Notes: a model not told the origin generated them from the sequence alone. Shown: positions 9,818 through 19,974, numbered from the stretch's first letter. The stretch is DNA of 64,000 nt from an uncultured bacterium (GCA_903945195.1 CAJAUT010000009.1:23231-87230), one strand, 5' to 3'. A program made the numbers and translations.

Positions 9818-11584
9818 ATGAAGAAAATTAAAAATCTAGTCATTCACAAGATTGCTAAGGAGCAAAGATTTAGTCACGTATTTGGATTTTTTTTGTTGGG
9901 AATACTGACTGGTGTAGCGCTACTTGTGGGACTGGCAAGAATCACTTGGCATACAAAATTTTATCCTGGCGTTCAAATAGCTTCTATACCTGTAGCTGGT
10001 TTGACTCGTGAGCAGGCGAAAAGTTTGATAACTGAAAAAACCGATATGTATTCGGCCCAGCTCATTTTTAATGGGACCGCCTGGTATACAACTCCACAAA
10101 GCGTGACATATGAAATAGAGAGCACAATAAATGAGGCTTATACATATGGTAGAAGGATGCAAATCCAAGACTATCTGCTACTTTTGACTGGCAACAAGAC
10201 CAACTATCCACTAAAACTAGCCATGGGCAAAACTGACAAGCTAGAGCAGTTGATCCAAGACATCGCTAGCTCTATAGAGATCTCCCCTATTGAGCCTACT
10301 GTAACTCTGATAAAAGAAAAAATTGTCGTAAACAATGGGTCTGATGGGACGATAATTGACTCGGAAAAACTTGACCAAAGTATAAGAGATAACTATAGCC
10401 AGTTGAGTGATAAACCAATAGAGGTGCCTACCAAAGTGGTGAAGAGATCGATGAATAATGAGGAACTCTCGCTTTTGACCAAGAGAGCTGAGTCTCTAGT
10501 GGGCAAAAACTTAAAATTATCACTTGATGACGAAAAAATTCAACTAAGTGACAAAGAACTCGTAGCTTTTCTTTCGACTGAGGAAAGTGGAGAAAAACTC
10601 GATTCTGCCAAAATTGAGGAGTATGTAATTGGGCTGTCTGAGAGTTTAAATAAAGAGCCACAAGATGCTAAGTTTGAGTTTGCAGATGGCAAAGTCAATG
10701 AATTTTTGCCCGGAAAAGATGGAGTAGAAGTTAGCGTACAGCTTACGGCAGACGGCGTACAGCAAGGTATTGAGAAATTAATGGAGACAGAGAATAAAGG
10801 TGAAAATATAGAGATAGCAGTCACTAGGACAGCGCCAAAAGTAACTACTGAAAAAGTAAATGAACTGGGGATCCGCGAGCGAATAGGGCGAGGTGAGTCG
10901 TATTATGCTCACTCGATCCCAAACCGTATATATAATGTGGGACTGGCTTCGTCTCGTATAAATAGTGCTCTTGTGCCACCTGGTGAAGAAGTGAGTTTTA
11001 ATAAAATGGTGGGTGAGGTATCTGGCGAGACAGGATATAGACCTGCTTATATCATCTCTGGTGGACGTACGATCCTAGGGGACGGAGGTGGGTTATGCCA
11101 AGTGTCTACAACTATGTTTAGGGCTGCGATGAGTGCAGGACTTCCCATACTTGAGCGCTGGGGTCATGCCTACCGCGTATCGTACTACGAACTAAATAGT
11201 AAACCTGGAGTGGATGCGACAGTAATTGCACCATCTAAAGACTTTAGGTTTAAAAATGATACCCCAGGCCATATCCTGATCCAAACGATCAACGATCCCA
11301 AAGCTTTGCATTTGGTCATAGAAATTTATGGCACGTCGGACGGTCGCGTGGCGACTACAACAGAACCAAAGGTATGGGGTATCACCCCCCCACTACCTAC
11401 AATTTACCAAGATGATCCTTCTATGCCAGCTGGAACAATGAAACAGGTGGACTGGTCGGCACCCGGAGCTAAAGCTAGCTTTGATTATAAAGTCATGAGA
11501 AATGGTGAGACTCTACAAGAGAAAACTTTTAGCACTACTTACCGCGCTTGGGCTTCCGTGTTTATGAAGGGAACGAGAATATAA
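9818..11584 (+). CDS. VanW family protein with peptidoglycan-binding repeats
   Basis: GGGLCQVSTTMFRA, H-A-Y-R-V-S-Y-Y, GVDATV, DFRFKNDT; N-terminal TM; start 9806 or 9818. Confidence 0.85.
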   Translation: MKKIKNLVIHKIAKEQRFSHVFGFFLLGILTGVALLVGLARITWHTKFYPGVQIASIPVAGLTREQAKSLITEKTDMYSAQLIFNGTAWYTTPQSVTYEIESTINEAYTYGRRMQIQDYLLLLTGNKTNYPLKLAMGKTDKLEQLIQDIASSIEISPIEPTVTLIKEKIVVNNGSDGTIIDSEKLDQSIRDNYSQLSDKPIEVPTKVVKRSMNNEELSLLTKRAESLVGKNLKLSLDDEKIQLSDKELVAFLSTEESGEKLDSAKIEEYVIGLSESLNKEPQDAKFEFADGKVNEFLPGKDGVEVSVQLTADGVQQGIEKLMETENKGENIEIAVTRTAPKVTTEKVNELGIRERIGRGESYYAHSIPNRIYNVGLASSRINSALVPPGEEVSFNKMVGEVSGETGYRPAYIISGGRTILGDGGGLCQVSTTMFRAAMSAGLPILERWGHAYRVSYYELNSKPGVDATVIAPSKDFRFKNDTPGHILIQTINDPKALHLVIEIYGTSDGRVATTTEPKVWGITPPLPTIYQDDPSMPAGTMKQVDWSAPGAKASFDYKVMRNGETLQEKTFSTTYRAWASVFMKGTRI

Positions 11585-11601
11585 TCTGGTAAAATATCTC
11601 C

Positions 11602-13956
11602 ATGGACAGCAAATTTGACCACAAGATAGTAGAAAAAGATATTTATGAGGCTTGGGAGAAGTCTGGGGCGTTCCAGCCTAGCTTACAGCCTACAGCAAAC
11701 GGCATACAGCAAAGGCCATTCACGATAGTTTTGCCCCCACCAAATGCTTCTGGCAAGATGCACATGGGTAACGTACTCATGATCGCGATTGAAGACCTGA
11801 TGATCCGCTACCACCGCATGAAAGGCGACCCTACCCTTTGGATCCCAGGTACAGACCATGCAGGATTTGAGACTCAGATCACGTACGAACGCGAACTAAA
11901 GAAACAAGGTAAATCACGCTTTGAGTTTGATAGAGAAACGCTTTACCAAAATATCTGGGAGTTCGTACAAAGTAACAAATCTCAGATCGAGGGACAGATC
12001 CGCCAAATGGGAGCATCTGTTGACTGGAGTAGATACACATTTACACTAGATCCTCATGTTGTCTCGACTGTTTATTCTACTTTTGCCAAGATGCACAAGG
12101 AAGGACTAGTGTATAGGGACAACTACATGGTGAACTACTGCCCCAAGTGTGGCACTACTTTTGCTGACCTAGAAATAATGCACGAGGATAGAGTAGACAA
12201 GCTTTATTACATCAAATACAAAATGGTGGGTAGTGAAGATGGTGTGGTCGTGGCCACCGTGCGACCTGAGACCATCATGCTAGATACCCACATGGCCGTG
12301 CACCCGGATAATAAAAAGACTAAACATTTGATTGGTAAAAAAGTAATCAATCCATTATCTCTAAAAGAGATGGAGATCATAGCCGACTCATTTGTAGACC
12401 CAGAATTTGGGACAGGTATAGTCAAACTGACCCCAGCTCATGACAAAAATGATTATGAGGCGGCGAAGAAACATAATTTACCTGTCATCATAGGGATCTC
12501 TATGGACGGCAAGATGACAAGTGAAGCCGGTAAGTGGGCTGGTAAATCGGTCTTTACAGCGCGTAAAGAAGTGGTTGAAGAACTGCAGATACTTGGTGCG
12601 ATAGATAAAATCAACGAGAAATACGAACACGCTGTGACTGTGTGTTACAAAGGCGGACATGATATAGAACCTATGATCCTACCCAACTGGTTTGTGAAAG
12701 TAGAGTCTCTAAAGAAACCGGCCCTTGAAGCGGTAGAGAGCGGCAAAGTAAAGATATATCCAGAATGGCGCAAGATCACCTACACCAAGTGGATGGAGGA
12801 GATGCATGACTGGCCGATCTCACGACAAGTTGTGTGGGGCATCCGAATACCAGTATGGTACAAGGTCGGACAATCGGAAAATTCAGAAGGTCAGAATGTC
12901 GGAAAGTCAGAAAATCAGAATATTCAGATTACTTTTTTGGCGAAAAATCACAAAAGTTCCGACCACTCGCCTAAAATCACGCAAGGGTCGGAACTGTCAC
13001 ACAAGCCGGTGGTTGTTTCAGGTCGAGTTGGTGAACTGCTACAAAATTATAGTTTTGAGGAAATAAGAGATGGACTGCAAACACTGATCGCACCAGCTGG
13101 ATGTGAGTCTATCGTGAATGAGACGTGCCCAGGGGACGGGTACCTACAAGAAACCGATACCTTTGATACTTGGTTCTCTAGTGGTCACTGGCCGCTAGTA
13201 ACTCTGAAATATCCAGAATCTGAAGACTTTAAGAAATTTTATCCAACGTCTGTACTTGAGACTGGGTGGGAGATCATCCGTTTCTGGGTGTCGCGCATGA
13301 TCATGTTTGGGATATATCTGACAGGTGAGCCTCCATTTGAATATGTCTACCTCCACGGCATGGTGCGGGCGGCTGATGGCAAAAAAATGAGCAAGTCTCT
13401 AGGCAATGTGATAAATCCTGACGAGTACATGGAGCAGTACGGGGTGGATGCCCTGCGCATGGGACTGATTGCAGGTACTGCGACAGGTAAAGATTTTTCT
13501 TTCCCTAAAGACAAGATCACGGCATATCGCAACTTTGGGAACAAGCTCTGGAATATGGCAAGATTTTTCTTGATGATGCAAGAAAAATCTGGAATCACAA
13601 ATCTTAAATTCTCCAATTCTCAAATGGAGGGATTAACTGCGCGAGATAATGAAATTATAAAAATGTTAAATGAGACGATAAATAGTGTGGACAAGTTACT
13701 TGGCGAGTTTAGATTTGCAGAAGCTGGTGACACCATCTACCACTTTATGTGGGATGAGGTGGCAGCGAAATATCTCGAAGAGGTAAAGACGCGCGAAGAC
13801 TTGGGAGTGGCACTATCTGTACTACGACACGTTATCTTAACTGGGCTAAAGCTACTACACCCCTTTATGCCGTTTGTGACTGAGGCGATATGGAAAGAAA
13901 TGCCTAGGAAGCATGATGAGATGCTAATTATTAGTAAGTGGCCTGAAGTTAAGTAA
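11602..13956 (+). CDS. valS: Valine--tRNA ligase (no C-terminal coiled-coil arm; repeat-derived insertions)
   Basis: PPPNASGKMHMGN, GTDHAG, DTFDTWFSS, KMSKS. Confidence 0.95.
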   Translation: MDSKFDHKIVEKDIYEAWEKSGAFQPSLQPTANGIQQRPFTIVLPPPNASGKMHMGNVLMIAIEDLMIRYHRMKGDPTLWIPGTDHAGFETQITYERELKKQGKSRFEFDRETLYQNIWEFVQSNKSQIEGQIRQMGASVDWSRYTFTLDPHVVSTVYSTFAKMHKEGLVYRDNYMVNYCPKCGTTFADLEIMHEDRVDKLYYIKYKMVGSEDGVVVATVRPETIMLDTHMAVHPDNKKTKHLIGKKVINPLSLKEMEIIADSFVDPEFGTGIVKLTPAHDKNDYEAAKKHNLPVIIGISMDGKMTSEAGKWAGKSVFTARKEVVEELQILGAIDKINEKYEHAVTVCYKGGHDIEPMILPNWFVKVESLKKPALEAVESGKVKIYPEWRKITYTKWMEEMHDWPISRQVVWGIRIPVWYKVGQSENSEGQNVGKSENQNIQITFLAKNHKSSDHSPKITQGSELSHKPVVVSGRVGELLQNYSFEEIRDGLQTLIAPAGCESIVNETCPGDGYLQETDTFDTWFSSGHWPLVTLKYPESEDFKKFYPTSVLETGWEIIRFWVSRMIMFGIYLTGEPPFEYVYLHGMVRAADGKKMSKSLGNVINPDEYMEQYGVDALRMGLIAGTATGKDFSFPKDKITAYRNFGNKLWNMARFFLMMQEKSGITNLKFSNSQMEGLTARDNEIIKMLNETINSVDKLLGEFRFAEAGDTIYHFMWDEVAAKYLEEVKTREDLGVALSVLRHVILTGLKLLHPFMPFVTEAIWKEMPRKHDEMLIISKWPEVK
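12955..12995 (+). repeat. 41-nt palindromic element, type C, copy 1 (in valS)
   Basis: AGTTCCGACC-actcgcctaaaatcacgcaag-GGTCGGAACT. Confidence 0.85.
13593..13625 (+). repeat. 33-nt ~8-periodic repeat, copy 1 (in valS)
   Basis: aatcacaaatcttaaattctccaattctcaaat; 1 mismatch to 44915-44947. Confidence 0.75.
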
Positions 13957-14171
13957 TTTTGTAAATTTCTGGGAAAAATACTTTTAAATACATGATGCCA
14001 GGCGGCGCCAAAGGTGGATGGCTTGGATTTGAGAGTTTGCTTAATTTCTGCGACAGAGAACCATTTGAAGCCTACGGATTCGTGATTGAGGACGGGAGTG
14101 CCTTCAAAAGGAATTTGATAAACCAAGAAAAGATGATTTTCATGGCTGATGATGTCTAGTTGTTCATCCAT
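13957..14171 (-). pseudogene. NUDIX/IDI-like hydrolase remnant
   Basis: MDEQLDII joined directly to C-terminal-type LNHESVGFKWFSVAEI...PSTF; no Nudix box; ORF runs on antisense into valS. Confidence 0.55.
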
Positions 14172-14173
14172 AT

Positions 14174-15202
14174 CTACCTCACCTTTGCTAGGATGTAATA
14201 TGTAGAGGGACCAGAGCCTATTTTTTCTAGAATTTTTAATTTTAGTAATCTAGATATGTGAGATTGAGCTGTCCGTTTAGGAATATATAGAATGTCAGCT
14301 ACGTCAGAACTCGTGATTTTATCTAGTGTTACTACAAAGTCTATAATTTTAAGATCTCCGACAGATAGCTTGCGCTCATGTAATGAACCAGTCCCTGCAA
14401 GTAGAGAATTGATTGATTCTTGGAGATGTAGAGCTTCAACCCAAAATCCTTTTACAAAATATGATATCCAAGATGTGAGATCCTCGCGACCATTTTGAAG
14501 TGCTTCATAATATGATCTACGATCTAGGTTGTAGTATTCTTCAAGTACTAGTCCGCGACGAAAGTCCCATCCTGACTGATAAAGAGAGAGGAGTGTGAGT
14601 AGTCTGCCTGTACGACCATTACCGTCGACAAATGGGTGAATAGATTCAAACTCAAAATGGAGGATGGCGGCACGAATAACTGGGTGAATATGAGGATTGT
14701 TGTTGTGCCACTGTAGCAGTTTTGTGACTAGAGATTTAACCTGCTTGGGTTCTGGTGGAGTATAGACTATTTGGTCTGGCAATCCGGGAGCTGAATTAAC
14801 TATATATACTGGAGCTGTGCGAAACATGCCTGCTTTACTATCAGGTAGTAGTTTTTGCATAGTGATTTGATGAATTTGCAGAAGATCGGCTAAATCAAGT
14901 GTATTTTTTTTTGATAATGATTCAACTTCTGATATAGCTAAAAGATAATTTTCGACCTCTAGTCGATCTTTTGCCGGGGCGAGAAGTGACTGCTTGCTTG
15001 CAATCTTCTCAACGTCTGGCTCAGATAGAGTATTGCCCTCGATGCTAGTACTGCTATGTGCCATTTTGATAATGGCGCGGCGACGGAAAATAGTTTCGCG
15101 TACTGGTAATATCTTGGCTTGCACGATTTTACCCCTAATTTCGGCTATGTCTGATAACCAGGTTAATATTTCATCTGTAATCTGGTACTTCGGATTATAC
15201 AT
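14174..15202 (-). CDS. Fic family protein with C-terminal wHTH
   Basis: HPFVDGNGRTGR; inhibitory SxxxEG/N motif STSIEGN; C-terminal ITSSDVADIL...G-S-G-P-S-T-Y-Y. Confidence 0.9.
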   Translation of the reverse strand: MYNPKYQITDEILTWLSDIAEIRGKIVQAKILPVRETIFRRRAIIKMAHSSTSIEGNTLSEPDVEKIASKQSLLAPAKDRLEVENYLLAISEVESLSKKNTLDLADLLQIHQITMQKLLPDSKAGMFRTAPVYIVNSAPGLPDQIVYTPPEPKQVKSLVTKLLQWHNNNPHIHPVIRAAILHFEFESIHPFVDGNGRTGRLLTLLSLYQSGWDFRRGLVLEEYYNLDRRSYYEALQNGREDLTSWISYFVKGFWVEALHLQESINSLLAGTGSLHERKLSVGDLKIIDFVVTLDKITSSDVADILYIPKRTAQSHISRLLKLKILEKIGSGPSTYYILAKVR

Positions 15203-15255
15203 AGGGTGATTATATCACATATCGTGCAATAATCGCGCAGGTTTATGTGCAATAA

Positions 15256-16128
15256 TTATTTGGCTATTTCCGCCAGCAAGTATTCATTTGGACCCCAAGA
15301 TGCAATCAATTCTTTGGTGATGGGGACAGCAATTTTCCAGAGAGACTGATGGATCTGCGCGATAGAGTCTGCTAGATTTTGTGATCGGATCTTAAGCCCC
15401 CAGACCTCATTACCTTTAACTGAGACTATCCAGGTGCGATTACCCTTAACCCGAATATTGAGAGATAATCCCTGCATTTCAAATGGCAGATAACGATACT
15501 GCACTCTATCTAGATAATGAGGATTGCGCTCGACCTGGTAGCTAAGCACATGCTTGCTCCAAGGAGTGATGGGGGTCAGATTGTATTCCATTGATTTGCC
15601 CTTTGACCAGAGCTTGATACCCTTGTCGATACCCTTGTTCATTGCTTTACTGCCTGTGGCGTCCATTGGAACTTGATAATCAAAAACATAAATATCCTGG
15701 TCAACATCATCATAATCAAACATGACCTTGTTGGCGCCTTCCATCCCGGGGAAAAACTGGAAGTCGGCATTTGTCTCGTCTTTTAAATATTCTTTTTTTA
15801 GATAAGGCAAAATCTCGACTATGTCTACTTCCTGCTTTACCAGGCTTTCGCGTTTTTTCCAGAGAATTTCGCGTAAAGCGCTTGGATTTCTGGCTTTTAC
15901 TTTTGTTTGCTGCTTCATGAGACCGGTGGCGGACTCTAGCTCGATGAGACCTTTGAGTGCGAGATCTGTGAGCACGGCATAGACAGTCGTGCGAGGCACC
16001 CCCGTCTCTTTGGCTATGGCAAAGGGAGAGGTTTCACCTAGACGAAGTGCGGACTGATAGACTGTTGACTCGTTTTCTGAGAGCCCAAATTCTTTGAGTA
16101 CTTGAGTAGATCTTTTGATAATATCCAT
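15256..16128 (-). CDS. TrmB-family transcriptional regulator (paralogue 1)
   Basis: LKEFGLSENESTVY..IAKETGVPRTTVY..L..KGLI; FFPGMEG; start moved to ATG 16128 with AAGGAG SD. Confidence 0.85.
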   Translation of the reverse strand: MDIIKRSTQVLKEFGLSENESTVYQSALRLGETSPFAIAKETGVPRTTVYAVLTDLALKGLIELESATGLMKQQTKVKARNPSALREILWKKRESLVKQEVDIVEILPYLKKEYLKDETNADFQFFPGMEGANKVMFDYDDVDQDIYVFDYQVPMDATGSKAMNKGIDKGIKLWSKGKSMEYNLTPITPWSKHVLSYQVERNPHYLDRVQYRYLPFEMQGLSLNIRVKGNRTWIVSVKGNEVWGLKIRSQNLADSIAQIHQSLWKIAVPITKELIASWGPNEYLLAEIAK

Positions 16129-16156
16129 CCTTCGACTCCTTGCAGTCACTCAGGAT
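16127..16156 (+). repeat. CCTTCGAC...CTCAGG-type REP-like hairpin
   Basis: ATCC-ttcgactccttgcagtcactca-GGAT; related to copies at 29941 and 30001. Confidence 0.6.
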
Positions 16157-16176
16157 CTGCGATATCTGTTTATATA

Positions 16177-16194
16177 TGACGACATTGTTCGTCA
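16177..16194. promoter_or_regulatory. Putative TrmB-1 operator
   Basis: Perfect dyad TGACGA-N6-TCGTCA in the divergent intergenic region. Confidence 0.55.
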
Positions 16195-16260
16195 CTTTTG
16201 ACAGTGTATCATAAAGTGAGTATTATTGGCAAATATATTTAAGACAGTTAGGAGAAATAT

Positions 16261-17034
16261 ATGTGTACACAAGCTGTAAAGAGAGTAAATGATACCTGGT
16301 ACCTCATGAAGACGCGCGATCCAGTGTCGTGGATGAGATACGAAGATGAAATTACTTTATTTGAATCCCCTACTGACAAATTTAAAAAGCTGATCATCCA
16401 GAATCCAGTCCCTTATGAGGATGGATATTATGGTGGAATAAATGAAAATGGAGTAGCTTTTATCTCTACATTTGTTCGCACTAGTGATGATCAGATCTCT
16501 TATATTAGAAAGCCTTATATAAGGCTGATACTTGATGCTAAAAATGCTAAAGAAGCTGTAGAGATTATCAAGTCGTTTAATCCAAAAATTGGTGGAAACA
16601 TGTTTGTGGCTGACGAAGTCCAATGTTTTGGGATTGAGGCAACGGCCAAAGAATATTTTGTAGAAGAGATAACAGAGTCTAGTGTGAAAGCGAATCACTT
16701 TAGTCATTTACCTGATCGAAACTTGAATTTTGACAAAGATCCAGAATTTGAGAAGTGGTCTAAAACACATGAGGTTAGGGCTCGAGAGCTAGTAACTGGG
16801 ATTAAAACATTAGATGATTGTGAAAAACTATTGTCAGATAGAGAAAACTGCGAGAACAAGATGGCAATCTGTACGACACCGGCAGAAGCTAAAGTGTTTA
16901 CGTATTCTGCGATGATTTTTGATACAAAAAATAAATTGATTCGTTATGCGCAAGGTTGCCCAAGTGAAGTAGGATTTAAAGAATACTCTTTCGATAAATT
17001 ACCTGGCAAGCATAATGTAAAACAAATTGACTAA
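16261..17034 (+). CDS. Ntn-hydrolase (C45/choloylglycine hydrolase-like)
   Basis: N-terminal nucleophile MCT, KTRD, GGINENGV, ANHF; AGGAG SD. Confidence 0.75.
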   Translation: MCTQAVKRVNDTWYLMKTRDPVSWMRYEDEITLFESPTDKFKKLIIQNPVPYEDGYYGGINENGVAFISTFVRTSDDQISYIRKPYIRLILDAKNAKEAVEIIKSFNPKIGGNMFVADEVQCFGIEATAKEYFVEEITESSVKANHFSHLPDRNLNFDKDPEFEKWSKTHEVRARELVTGIKTLDDCEKLLSDRENCENKMAICTTPAEAKVFTYSAMIFDTKNKLIRYAQGCPSEVGFKEYSFDKLPGKHNVKQID

Positions 17035-17050
17035 GGGATATAATAACTAT

Positions 17051-17584
17051 ATGAAAAAAGCAGTAATACTACATAGCTGGTTTAGCACTCCAAATAGTAA
17101 TTGGTACCCATGGCTAAAGAGTGAGTTTGAAAAGAAAGGTTATGAAGTATGGTCGCCTGAAATACCTACTATGCCTACTGATAGCCCGGATATGGAGACC
17201 ATGCTCGAATATATCGTTGGTAAAAAATTCGTAGACAAAGATACTGTTGTGATAGGACATAGCCTGGGCTCTGTGCTGGCTATGAGGCTTGCAGAAATAG
17301 TTAAGTTTAAAACTGCCATACTTCTATCTAACTGGGATTACAACGACCTGACGCCAGAACACCAGAGTTTTTGGAAGACACCAGTAAATCACGCCTTGAT
17401 CAAAAGCAATGTAGAAAAAATTGTTTGCCCAATATCTGACAATGACCCATACGTTACAAAAATAATTGCTCATGAAATGGCAGTAAGACTCGGAGCGACA
17501 GCGATTGATGTAGGGCCAAAGGGACACTTTTTAACAAAAGATGATGGGGTGAAAGAAGTGCCTGAAATACTAGAGTTTGTATAG
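17051..17584 (+). CDS. RBBP9/YdeN family alpha/beta hydrolase
   Basis: NWYPWLK, GHSLG, SDNDPYV, KGHF. Confidence 0.85.
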   Translation: MKKAVILHSWFSTPNSNWYPWLKSEFEKKGYEVWSPEIPTMPTDSPDMETMLEYIVGKKFVDKDTVVIGHSLGSVLAMRLAEIVKFKTAILLSNWDYNDLTPEHQSFWKTPVNHALIKSNVEKIVCPISDNDPYVTKIIAHEMAVRLGATAIDVGPKGHFLTKDDGVKEVPEILEFV

Positions 17585-17607
17585 ATTTTTCGGATACAAT
17601 AACTATC

Positions 17608-18792
17608 ATGAGTTTGCAGAAGATTTCTGAGCGAAATATTAAAACGTTTTATATCGTAGAGAGCTGCAGGTCACTGGTATTTATTATCCCAATGTGGATT
17701 GCGTTTTTACAGAATAGAATCTCAACTAGTGAGATTGCTATTTATGTGTCAATGCTACTCTTGACTCAACTGCTCCTGGAGCTACCAACTGGAGCTTTTG
17801 CGGATCTGGTAGGTAAGAGGGTCACAATAATCATTGCTTATGGAGTAGATGCCATCCAGTATCTCCTGTTTGGATTTGCTCATACGTTCGTACAGTTTAT
17901 AGTTTTGGCTGCCATATCTGGGCTTGCAGAAGCACTGAGGTCTGGGTCTCTTGAGGCTATTGTGTATGACTCGCTCAAGCAAGATGGTAAAGAAGAAAGT
18001 TTTCGCAAAGTGATGGCCAACCAAGGAACTAGGTTTCAAATTGGGTTGATCTTGGCGACTTTGATAGGTGGATATGTGGCGCCTTACTGGGCCCCCCTTC
18101 CATTTATTCTGAGTGGGATCCCACTGGTTATCGCAGCATTGATGTCGTATAGATTTATTGAACCAAAAATAGACCTAGAAATATTTACTCTCAAAAATTA
18201 CTTGTGGAAAATAAAAATGGGTTCGATGGAGGCATTTAAGACTGTGCGACATAGATATATGTCTCTATATTATATTGCGGTAGGGTCGATCTCTTGGATG
18301 TGTGCTACATATTTTAGTGATTATGTACTGATAGATTTGGGATTTGATACGAGTATGCGTGGAGTAATATCGAGTGGAATTCGAATAATAAATGTAGTTT
18401 TAATCTATAAGTTACTTAGTAATGAGAAGTTGTTTTCATTTCGAAATACCATTATATTTTTCCCGATTATTATGGTGCTTGGATTATTGCCTGGACAGTG
18501 GCTATTTGGTGTGTGGGGTATACCTTTTGTGGGGATAGTCATGATGTCTTCTACTGCCAGGTGGATACTACTTGGAAAGTATACCAATGCAGTTTTTGAG
18601 TCTAAATACCGGGCGACGGCAATATCTACCTTGTCGATGGCAATAGGGATAGTATATGTGATTGGAGTGACGATATCTGGGCCGATTATGGAGAGATACG
18701 GAGATTCTAGGCTGATATATACCCTACTAGGTATCCTGTCGCTAATTACACTGCCTCCTCTAGCTTATAAAGTGCTAAAAAATTATGAATAA
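17608..18792 (+). CDS. MFS transporter
   Basis: ELPTGAFADLVGKR (motif A), SGSLEAIVYDSLK, RATAIS; ~12 TM. Confidence 0.9.
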   Translation: MSLQKISERNIKTFYIVESCRSLVFIIPMWIAFLQNRISTSEIAIYVSMLLLTQLLLELPTGAFADLVGKRVTIIIAYGVDAIQYLLFGFAHTFVQFIVLAAISGLAEALRSGSLEAIVYDSLKQDGKEESFRKVMANQGTRFQIGLILATLIGGYVAPYWAPLPFILSGIPLVIAALMSYRFIEPKIDLEIFTLKNYLWKIKMGSMEAFKTVRHRYMSLYYIAVGSISWMCATYFSDYVLIDLGFDTSMRGVISSGIRIINVVLIYKLLSNEKLFSFRNTIIFFPIIMVLGLLPGQWLFGVWGIPFVGIVMMSSTARWILLGKYTNAVFESKYRATAISTLSMAIGIVYVIGVTISGPIMERYGDSRLIYTLLGILSLITLPPLAYKVLKNYE

Positions 18793-19969
18793 AAATCTTA
18801 AGCTAGCTGTCCCACTTTCTTTCATGAGTATGATATTTTTCCCGAGTGCGACGTGGATGTTTTTCATGTTGCAACACCTCAACTTCCAGCAGATTGCGAC
18901 GATTATGGGGATCGGGGCTATAGCCTCTATAGTCATGGAGATACCGACCGGGGTATTTGCGGACATGGTTGGTCGCAAATGGGCGATTGCTCTTTCGTAT
19001 TTTTTGTTTACGACTGCCATGATTTGGATGACTATGGCGACTAGCTATACGACATTTCTTTTAATAACTCTAGTTAATTGTTTGGTAAATACCCTTTATT
19101 CGGGAAGTATGGAAGCCCTGCTTTATGACACGCTAAAACAGGATAAAAAAGAAGGCGAATTTGATCACTGGACTAGTCGGATGGAGTCGGTTACGTGGCT
19201 AGGACTATTTTTAAGTACGGTGATTGGTGGATATTTGCACATGATGAATCCCAACTTTCCATACTTTGCTGAGGCCGTGGTGATGGGAATCGCCACCATA
19301 CTCTCCCTCATGCTTGTCGAGCCTAGGATAGATAGTATTAAATACAAGGCTAGTGACGTCTGGAAGAATAATTTCTTGGGTTTTAAAGAGCTTTTTGCCA
19401 CTTCAAAAATGAGATATTTGACAGCAATATTTGTGGTCATAGGGGTAGGTTATGTAGTGGCGGCTGACATCCTAGGGATCTCACAGGCAAGAGAGTATGG
19501 ACTGGATGCGCAGACCGTAGGATGGGTGTTTGGTGTAGGGTATATCATTTCTGCACTTGCCTCCCATTTTTATCCAAAGCTTAGGAAAATGACTGGCTCA
19601 ATGCGGCTAGTATGGGGATCGGCTACTTTTTTGATAATTAGTTTTGTACTAGCTAAGTATGTAGGTGCGTGGGCTGGGGTGGGACTGATAGTCTTGCGGA
19701 TTGCTAGCTCTACTACGTTTAGAAATAGTAGATCAGTGCTTATAAATAGTGAGATAGGTTCTGCAAATAGAGCTACTACCCTGTCTACTCTCACTTTACT
19801 GACAAATATCCCCTATGCCCTGTCTGCTATTTGGATAGGAGGATATATCGATCGCACTAGTCCAAATCAGTTTGCGTGGATACTGGGGGTGGGAATGATT
19901 TTCTCATTAGGTGTTCTGCAACTAATTAAAATTCTGATGAACCCTATCAACGTAATGAAAGAACACTGA
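18785..19969 (+). CDS. MFS transporter
   Basis: EIPTGVFADMVGRK, SGSMEALLYDTLK, RATTLS. Confidence 0.9.
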   Translation: MNKNLKLAVPLSFMSMIFFPSATWMFFMLQHLNFQQIATIMGIGAIASIVMEIPTGVFADMVGRKWAIALSYFLFTTAMIWMTMATSYTTFLLITLVNCLVNTLYSGSMEALLYDTLKQDKKEGEFDHWTSRMESVTWLGLFLSTVIGGYLHMMNPNFPYFAEAVVMGIATILSLMLVEPRIDSIKYKASDVWKNNFLGFKELFATSKMRYLTAIFVVIGVGYVVAADILGISQAREYGLDAQTVGWVFGVGYIISALASHFYPKLRKMTGSMRLVWGSATFLIISFVLAKYVGAWAGVGLIVLRIASSTTFRNSRSVLINSEIGSANRATTLSTLTLLTNIPYALSAIWIGGYIDRTSPNQFAWILGVGMIFSLGVLQLIKILMNPINVMKEH

Positions 19970-19974
19970 ATTAC

